Shown one piece after another: positions 37,520 through 43,780 of a stretch of 43,780 nucleotides of DNA. The DNA lies in the IMG/VR virus record IMGVR_UViG_3300005144_000001, positions 1 through 43,780 of that record, one strand, 5' to 3'. The position numbers and the translations under genes were made by a program. The first letter of the stretch is position 1; the number at the start of each line of letters is the position of its first letter. The notes below the pieces were generated by a model that saw only the letters and a program-made list of their open reading frames with translations, was not told the DNA's origin and did no database searches. The DNA comes from a virus (lineage: Duplodnaviria > Caudoviricetes).

Positions 37520-40500
37520 TTAATATTTTCTGTAATCATTAGGGAATTTGACGTTCTTATATTTGGTGTAAAATCTCTTAGATGCTTGGTTTATCTTGTT
37601 TTGTAGCTCTGGTATTTCACTACTCAGTCCATCATCCATGTACTTTTTTAAAGTCTCTTTAAGCTTCGTTATCTCACGGTATGATGCAATCATCTGTCTC
37701 GCCTTGCTGTAATCAGGGTCATATAGAAGTTTAGATAACCTGCCCGTATCATCTGAATGCTTGGCATCATTAACTACCCGAACGTATATACTTGCATCCT
37801 TAAGCATGTCGCTTGCCTTTTTGGGGTAATCTGTGGCCTCTACATGCTCGGTTGATACGTGGAACCCTACGCCATGAGATATAGCCTGAAATCCATCTAA
37901 ATCGCCTTGCAAGTAAGCTAGGCCATTCTGTAAAGGTGATGGGATTAATCCACGAGCCTGAGCGAGTACGAATGATGGCAGCTCACCCCACTGGACAGAT
38001 CCATTCTCCCCGGGTGCCGCATATTTGTTTAGATGACCTTCGAGTTTTCCACCTTTAGGATCGCCAACTCGTATGCCTTTTGATTTAATGCTGTAAGGAT
38101 ATACCCCTTTATCGTCCAGGCCGGTAATTTCTTCAATGTCTGTGAATCTCTTTCCCTGCCAGTTTTCTCCGGTGAACAAACCTTCAATGACTAGCTTGGT
38201 CAGTACGCTTGATTTATGCTGAGCTGATGTTAGTGGGTCCAAAATCCATTTTACCGGGTCCTTGAAGTGTCCTGCAATACTAAAATAGTCACGCTCGTTG
38301 TCCTGCATATTTTCTGCTCCGACAATAGCTTTCTTTATTGGAGTGATATTGACATCCAAAAAGTGAGCTTTTATTGCAAGCTCTCTTAGCGAGTTCATCA
38401 TTTCAAGGAATGAGGAATCAGACCAGTCGGTATCTAGTATAGGCTGAATTGTTTCCCTGTACATTCTGTGAACCGTATCCCAATACTTCTCATTATCTTC
38501 TTCGTTAAAGAATGCCATAGCCAGATTAGCGGCCACGGATGTGAACATTACCCGGATGACAGCTCTCAGCCAGAATTTTCGGTAAAGCTTGGCTTCCTCT
38601 TTCTCCATCCACTTCTTACCCTTTTCACGCGAATAGTCATATCCAAATGCTTTAATCAGTGTCCGGAAGTTTGATTCAGTCCAGTCAGGAGCAAGCATAA
38701 TCAGACGCATGATGTGTTGAATTGCCGGGTTACGGCCAATACGTCCAAGGTGAAGATCACCGAAGTCGTCATTTGCCAAGTTCGAGGCCCATTTTGCAAG
38801 TACGTTAGGGTTACGGTCCGGATACTTAGCTAACAGGTGTTCGTATTCAAGAACTGCAGCTTTAACCTTCAATCCTGCTCCATAGTGTTTGAATAGGAAA
38901 TCTGTATGTGCCTTATGCAAGGCTACCATCTTATCCTTTGCAACTTTGGTTAGATTTGACTTGTCCAGTAATCGGCTGATTGTATTCGGCTGAGTAACTA
39001 ATGTTTCATTCCAGTCCTGAATATCACCAACGGTTAGGCCATTTTTTAGAAGTATCTCAACCTCTGGAGTCATCGCCATGTACATTCTTAATCCATCCTT
39101 GTATGATGCACGAAGATTGACATTACGCGCCTTTATTGCTCCACCCCATAGGAATGAGCGAGAAAATGCCATATGGTGAAAGAATGAATAAGACAGGATG
39201 ATGCTTTTCGCTACTGCATTGAATTTCGTAAGGCCTTTTACTCCCGGTATCTCATTTAGAATTGACCTACCAAGTGTGTTATTAAGCTTTTGTGCGATAG
39301 GTGCCGGTGCATAAACAGGCTTCTTCTCGATCACAGTACCATCGGATAGTATTGCATAATTCTCTCCTTGATGGTCTTTTGTTGATTCAACATTTTTAAC
39401 CGGAACCCACCTCTTGAAATTAGGATGCTTTACCTCTTTGTATCCGGGAAGATGTGCGGTAGTAAAAAGAGATGTGCCATCTTTCGTTTTTATACTCAGA
39501 CCTGCATCTAACAATCGTTTGTTTTCGATTACGTTATTGATTTCCTGTTTAAGTACAGCCAGATTATTGGTGGCACCCTCTACTTTGAGTTCATATCCTT
39601 TCGCCCATCCTTCGATTATACTACCAAGGGTACGCTGCTTGGCGTGTCGCGTACTGGTTCCAAACTTATTCCAGAAGTCGTTAAGGCCTCCACTTCCAAG
39701 GTCCCATGCTCTTGAAACGTAGTTATCCAGTATGTTATGGATAACCCCCTCTTCGAGTGATAGTTTACCGAATTCATCATATGCCTTCCTTATTTTAGCC
39801 GCTATGTCAAGCTGATCGGGAGAAAGGTTTTGAGCTATTTCGACAATCCTTTTCTTTTCTTCATCCAAAATAGGTTTGTACATCTCGGCATGAGAAGGAT
39901 TCTGTTGCATATCAAGGTAAACATGAATAGCCCGGTCCACATCGCGCCAGTTTGCAGGCACGTTGGATGAATTAGTCTTAACAGACTTCTTTATTTGCGA
40001 CTGCAAATCGGCTGATTCAATGTTTGCAAGTGCCTTCTTGTAGTCTCTGGCTCCATGCCAGGTGTCTTCCAGTGAATCGAATATGCGCTTAACTTCATGT
40101 GGCATATTGGGCTTCATGTCATCGATGCTTTTTAGTTCATCGCTCCATGACTTAACGGCACTGGCGTACTCAACTTCATTGGCAAAATCCTTTTTCTTAG
40201 GCCTTTTCTGGAATTTTAGATGCTCGTCAATGTCGATAGAGTTATCATCGAACACAACGTAGTTATATGATCCTTCATGGCTTCCCTTGCTATTGTATTC
40301 AGACGGATACTGTATCCCATCGATACCTGAGTCCAACAGGAATTGAGAAGCTTCTTTGTCTGAATGTAATACCTTTTCTATCGATTTGTACAGGTCCCCT
40401 CCATTGTCTTTTACTCCACGGAAGTCCTGACCTTCATTGACGCGGATAGCAAATGTTACATCCCCGGCATCCTTTACGTCTTTAATTTCATAGCCTGCAT

Positions 40501-43500
40501 CAGTCCATGCCTTTTTAAATGCTTCAATGGTACCCGGTTTTAGTGGTTTATCCCACCGGATGAAGTTTAGTTCATCTACTGCTTTATCTCCATGGATTTT
40601 TACTTTGAAGAGATTTCCTTTTGGATTTACCTTTCCCTTCATCTTCTTGGCGAATTCTATCCGTTCATCAATAATGTCGCGGATTTCATTTGCTTCTGGT
40701 GAATTATCACCATCGAATTGCAGTCGTTGTGTCTTTTCGGCATCGATATATTCACGGACACCGCCATTACTCATTATACTGCCAATAGTCTGAATCTGGT
40801 AATCGGTGTATCCTTTGAGCTTGGTAAATATGTCTTCAATGGTAGTAGAAGTACCGTTCACATCCCATTCGCCTAACTTCTTGGCATACTGCTCTGCAAT
40901 TGATTTTTTGTCGGTAAAGTACAATCCCCATCCAAAGGCCTGTACTCCTTCACCCTCGCCAGTGTGACTGGTTGAGAACCGGCCACCTGGAGATTGTGTA
41001 ATGTCAAACTTAGTACCATGATATGCAGTCATGAATTTTGGGTCATGACCGCGATATCCTATTGCTTTTTCTTCTTGCAGACTTCCCTGAACGCCTCGTG
41101 CTTGGGTTTCCCCATCGCCATTAGTCGCTTCATTTCTGCTAGTTGATCGTCCGTTAGTTTTTTCCAGGCCCTCATTCCGTCCGGGAAAGTTACCTCCACT
41201 TTCGTCATAATATATTTTTCTGGTGAATGTATTAATTATTTTATCGATCTCATTTTCTGATAACGGCTTGTCTGTAAATGCAACCCTGCGAAGCTCCAAA
41301 TCTGAATATACATTCTCAATATCCAGGTCATGGTCAGCTACCATTTGAGTCAGACGGTGCGTCAGATACTCTTCTGCCTTGGTCAGCTTATGTTCGTTCC
41401 AGTATGGACTAGGAACTACCTTCCTGAATCCGGCTTCTCCAATTGAATTGTACACTCTGGCCAGTAGATTACCAACCAGTTTCTTGTTTGGATATTGGCG
41501 AATAACAGAGTGCAACTGCTCGTGAGCGAAGGTATCTACCACTTCATTGTATGAACCAATAGTATCACCATTCACGAACACATGGTTAATGTCCGGGATG
41601 AATACGCCATCGTAATCTTCATCAAGAAGATGTTCCATTGTAGCCTCTCTGGTTCCACCCAATTCCTTATACCTTGAAATTGCGTCACCGGTATCAATTA
41701 CACTGAACTTGGTATTTGTAACGGTGTTTTTTGCAAGTGCATTAAGTAAATTGGTTGCATCTGAGTTTGAAAGTTTATTCCGTCCCTGCAATGAATGAAC
41801 ACTTTCCAGTGGCATTCTCTTGACAAACTTAACCTCGTTAGGCTCAGCTTCCCCGTCAGTAGAAAGGTCTTCCTCTGTATCCTTAATCCTTACAGCATCG
41901 ATATTTTCTTTCGCTTCTTCGGCTTCTATTGCTGCAAGTTCTTCGCTGATTTTACCTTCAAGCTCTACAATGTGGGCCTTTAGTGCTTTTATCTCAGCTT
42001 CCTTCGGGAATGGTTTACCGGAACGAGCTTCTAATCCTTTTAGTTCATTCTCTTCTCTGGTACGTGTTTCTTCGGCCATCTTTATAGACCTAAGCTTTGA
42101 ATCCGGCTTAATTGTTCCTTCAATCGCATATACCAGACCGTCTACCGATGCAACGCTCGGAAGAACTACGCCTACTGAACTTGGGTCAATTGTCCTGAAT
42201 ATTCTGGTTTTCTTATTGCCTACATCAACCTTCTTGTTTAGCGTAATCGTTAACTGAATAGGATGTCCGTTTGCCTTAATGGATGTTTTCATTACGGAAT
42301 CGAACTGAGAAGAGTTTTTCCTTAATTTATCAACTTCATTTTCGATTGTTTTGCCAAGCGTCTTTTCAAGGAACTTACCAAAGTCTTCCGTAACTGTAGT
42401 TTTCCCGTACTCAATACTGGTCAGCTTGTCATCCCCAAAGATTTCCCTATTCTTACTAATATCATTTTTTAATGTTGCCAGGTTAGTCTTGTTATATGGA
42501 AGAAGAATATCCTTGATTTCCCTTATTCTCTTTGAAAGGTATATCTGGTCCTGCTTGTGATATTCGGCAGCATTCTCTAATTTATTAAGCTTGTTGCTTT
42601 CGATTTCAAGATTCAATGCAGCCTCAATACCGGACAGGCTTGCCATTATGTGAGAGAAGTTGTTGATATCTACTCCATCTACTTCCTCCTCCTTCATATC
42701 GCGGTCCGTACTGTTCTCGTCCGATATTTGGTCTGCAAACTTTCCTTTTATTCCAAGACGCTGATATCCGGTTACATCTAATGTCTTCTTAACTCCAATA
42801 CGGATTACATTAACCGGTTTCTTCATCTCAAGGTGAAGGTTGCCCTGTCTGATTATTCTACCATTTCTCTGGCGGTAATCGGCCGGCCGCTGTGGAGCAT
42901 CCAAGTGTATCAGTGTATTCAATCTCTCCTGAATGTTTACACCTACACCTAGCTTTTCGGTACTTCCCATGACTACCCGGATATCGCCTGCATTTACTTT
43001 TCTGAATAATGCTTCTTTCTTGTCATCAGTTTTGTAGTCATTAATAATTGCAATCTCTTTCTCCGGGACTCCTGCCTTAATCAATTTACTCTTTATATCC
43101 TCAAAGGCATCAAAAACAACCACTTTTCCAACAGTATTCTTGAATGAGTCAAGGAATATCGCAACAGTTCCCTTGTAGCTATCGGTATTTTTAAGGGCAG
43201 TTAGTGTTTCTTTTACGGCCTCATTCAACTTGCTGTTAGGTACATCTCCTAGCTCATGGTCAACCAGTCGCACATCGATAGCAGCTCTCTTTGCAAGGCC
43301 AAACATAACTAGTGGAATATGGCTATTTTCCTTCTTCTCCTTACCTGACATGTTCTCAAACTCGATAATGCGATCTTTAATTCCACGCATTACGGCTTTG
43401 AGTGCATTTGATTGTTCCAAGTAAATATCCTGCGGAGAACCACCATTAACGTGTGGAGTACCTACCCCTGCCTTTAATGAACTAACATCCTTGGTTAATA

Positions 43501-43780
43501 CAGTATGGGTAATCTGTTTCCAGATAGATTTAAGCTCAGGTACATTAGCGTATGCTGAGAACCGGTTGGTAATCTTATATTTTCCACTGGTTGTGAACTC
43601 TGGTGTTTCTGTGATTTCACCGAAGTTGTTTACAAATGAATCAAAGGTTTCCAGTTGCAACCGCCTTAATTCCTCTTTGGGAAGCAGATACCGCATGTAG
43701 GTCCACATCTCTGCCATGGTATTGGATATAGGCGTGCCAGTGGCAAGGACCACATTTTTGCCATTATGGTTATCCAGAAT
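37520..43780 (-). CDS. Giant polyvalent protein (DarB-like SF2 helicase + zincin peptidase + ADP-ribosyltransferase-like + C-terminal LPD-like region), 5' end outside window
   Basis: Frame open to 43780. LATGTPISN, GVGVNIQ..HLDAPQRP..QRNGRIIRQGN, HEQLH..AEEY, AYHGT..GEGVQAFGWGLYFTD..DGIQY..NYVVFD. Confidence 0.85.
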   Translation of the reverse strand: MLDNHNGKNVVLATGTPISNTMAEMWTYMRYLLPKEELRRLQLETFDSFVNNFGEITETPEFTTSGKYKITNRFSAYANVPELKSIWKQITHTVLTKDVSSLKAGVGTPHVNGGSPQDIYLEQSNALKAVMRGIKDRIIEFENMSGKEKKENSHIPLVMFGLAKRAAIDVRLVDHELGDVPNSKLNEAVKETLTALKNTDSYKGTVAIFLDSFKNTVGKVVVFDAFEDIKSKLIKAGVPEKEIAIINDYKTDDKKEALFRKVNAGDIRVVMGSTEKLGVGVNIQERLNTLIHLDAPQRPADYRQRNGRIIRQGNLHLEMKKPVNVIRIGVKKTLDVTGYQRLGIKGKFADQISDENSTDRDMKEEEVDGVDINNFSHIMASLSGIEAALNLEIESNKLNKLENAAEYHKQDQIYLSKRIREIKDILLPYNKTNLATLKNDISKNREIFGDDKLTSIEYGKTTVTEDFGKFLEKTLGKTIENEVDKLRKNSSQFDSVMKTSIKANGHPIQLTITLNKKVDVGNKKTRIFRTIDPSSVGVVLPSVASVDGLVYAIEGTIKPDSKLRSIKMAEETRTREENELKGLEARSGKPFPKEAEIKALKAHIVELEGKISEELAAIEAEEAKENIDAVRIKDTEEDLSTDGEAEPNEVKFVKRMPLESVHSLQGRNKLSNSDATNLLNALAKNTVTNTKFSVIDTGDAISRYKELGGTREATMEHLLDEDYDGVFIPDINHVFVNGDTIGSYNEVVDTFAHEQLHSVIRQYPNKKLVGNLLARVYNSIGEAGFRKVVPSPYWNEHKLTKAEEYLTHRLTQMVADHDLDIENVYSDLELRRVAFTDKPLSENEIDKIINTFTRKIYYDESGGNFPGRNEGLEKTNGRSTSRNEATNGDGETQARGVQGSLQEEKAIGYRGHDPKFMTAYHGTKFDITQSPGGRFSTSHTGEGEGVQAFGWGLYFTDKKSIAEQYAKKLGEWDVNGTSTTIEDIFTKLKGYTDYQIQTIGSIMSNGGVREYIDAEKTQRLQFDGDNSPEANEIRDIIDERIEFAKKMKGKVNPKGNLFKVKIHGDKAVDELNFIRWDKPLKPGTIEAFKKAWTDAGYEIKDVKDAGDVTFAIRVNEGQDFRGVKDNGGDLYKSIEKVLHSDKEASQFLLDSGIDGIQYPSEYNSKGSHEGSYNYVVFDDNSIDIDEHLKFQKRPKKKDFANEVEYASAVKSWSDELKSIDDMKPNMPHEVKRIFDSLEDTWHGARDYKKALANIESADLQSQIKKSVKTNSSNVPANWRDVDRAIHVYLDMQQNPSHAEMYKPILDEEKKRIVEIAQNLSPDQLDIAAKIRKAYDEFGKLSLEEGVIHNILDNYVSRAWDLGSGGLNDFWNKFGTSTRHAKQRTLGSIIEGWAKGYELKVEGATNNLAVLKQEINNVIENKRLLDAGLSIKTKDGTSLFTTAHLPGYKEVKHPNFKRWVPVKNVESTKDHQGENYAILSDGTVIEKKPVYAPAPIAQKLNNTLGRSILNEIPGVKGLTKFNAVAKSIILSYSFFHHMAFSRSFLWGGAIKARNVNLRASYKDGLRMYMAMTPEVEILLKNGLTVGDIQDWNETLVTQPNTISRLLDKSNLTKVAKDKMVALHKAHTDFLFKHYGAGLKVKAAVLEYEHLLAKYPDRNPNVLAKWASNLANDDFGDLHLGRIGRNPAIQHIMRLIMLAPDWTESNFRTLIKAFGYDYSREKGKKWMEKEEAKLYRKFWLRAVIRVMFTSVAANLAMAFFNEEDNEKYWDTVHRMYRETIQPILDTDWSDSSFLEMMNSLRELAIKAHFLDVNITPIKKAIVGAENMQDNERDYFSIAGHFKDPVKWILDPLTSAQHKSSVLTKLVIEGLFTGENWQGKRFTDIEEITGLDDKGVYPYSIKSKGIRVGDPKGGKLEGHLNKYAAPGENGSVQWGELPSFVLAQARGLIPSPLQNGLAYLQGDLDGFQAISHGVGFHVSTEHVEATDYPKKASDMLKDASIYVRVVNDAKHSDDTGRLSKLLYDPDYSKARQMIASYREITKLKETLKKYMDDGLSSEIPELQNKINQASKRFYTKYKNVKFPNDYRKY
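41059..41208 (-). CDS. Nested alternative-frame 49-aa ORF inside the polyvalent gene
   Basis: MTKVEVTFPDGMRAWKKLTDDQLAEMKRLMAMGKPKHEAFREVCKKKKQ*; AT-rich leader; coincides with a low-complexity linker of the host frame. Confidence 0.45.
   Translation of the reverse strand: MTKVEVTFPDGMRAWKKLTDDQLAEMKRLMAMGKPKHEAFREVCKKKKQ

Larger units (their letters stand above)
17416..43780. mobile_element. Prophage (podovirus-like late region), continues beyond the window
   Basis: Terminase, P22-like portal, scaffold, MCP, tail fibre, lysis genes and a polyvalent protein. No tape measure, tube or sheath seen. Bounded by the tRNA fragment. Confidence 0.9.

Noticed and set aside
182-43700. Many short ORF-track entries antisense to or overlapping long genes (e.g. 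3269-3799, 25847-26230, 36114-36644, 41820-42257)
   Set aside because: Shadow ORFs of well-supported genes, with no motifs or plausible translation signals.

Overview
Bacteroidota-type DNA (TAnnTTTG -7 promoter boxes, Bacteroidetes-type tyrosine integrase) in three blocks. (1) 1-9.7 kb, minus strand: a WYL-regulated defence operon in which type I RM hsdM/hsdS are sandwiched between two paralogous pairs of [ABC/AAA ATPase with DUF3696-like tail + PLD-like D(P/K)Y..HDR protein]. A palindromic operator recurs at two promoters. (2) 10.2-13.3 kb, plus strand: a retron (NAxxH, YADD and VTG motifs; clear msr/msd ncRNA) with a degenerate stand-alone DnaB C-terminal domain upstream and a translationally coupled UDG-like ORF downstream, all bracketed by imperfect direct repeats. 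This is the best candidate for an undescribed system. It is followed by a Rha remnant, a KilA-N protein, an XRE repressor and an integrase. (3) From a 3' tRNA-Pro(GGG) fragment (att site, ~17.4 kb) to the window end: the late region of a podovirus-like prophage with four paralogous ring-like genes, lysis genes, a mosaic tail fibre, MCP, scaffold, an inverted terminase/dUTPase operon, a P22-like portal and a giant polyvalent protein containing a nested +1-frame ORF. All calls come from reading motifs by eye; no database searches were run.
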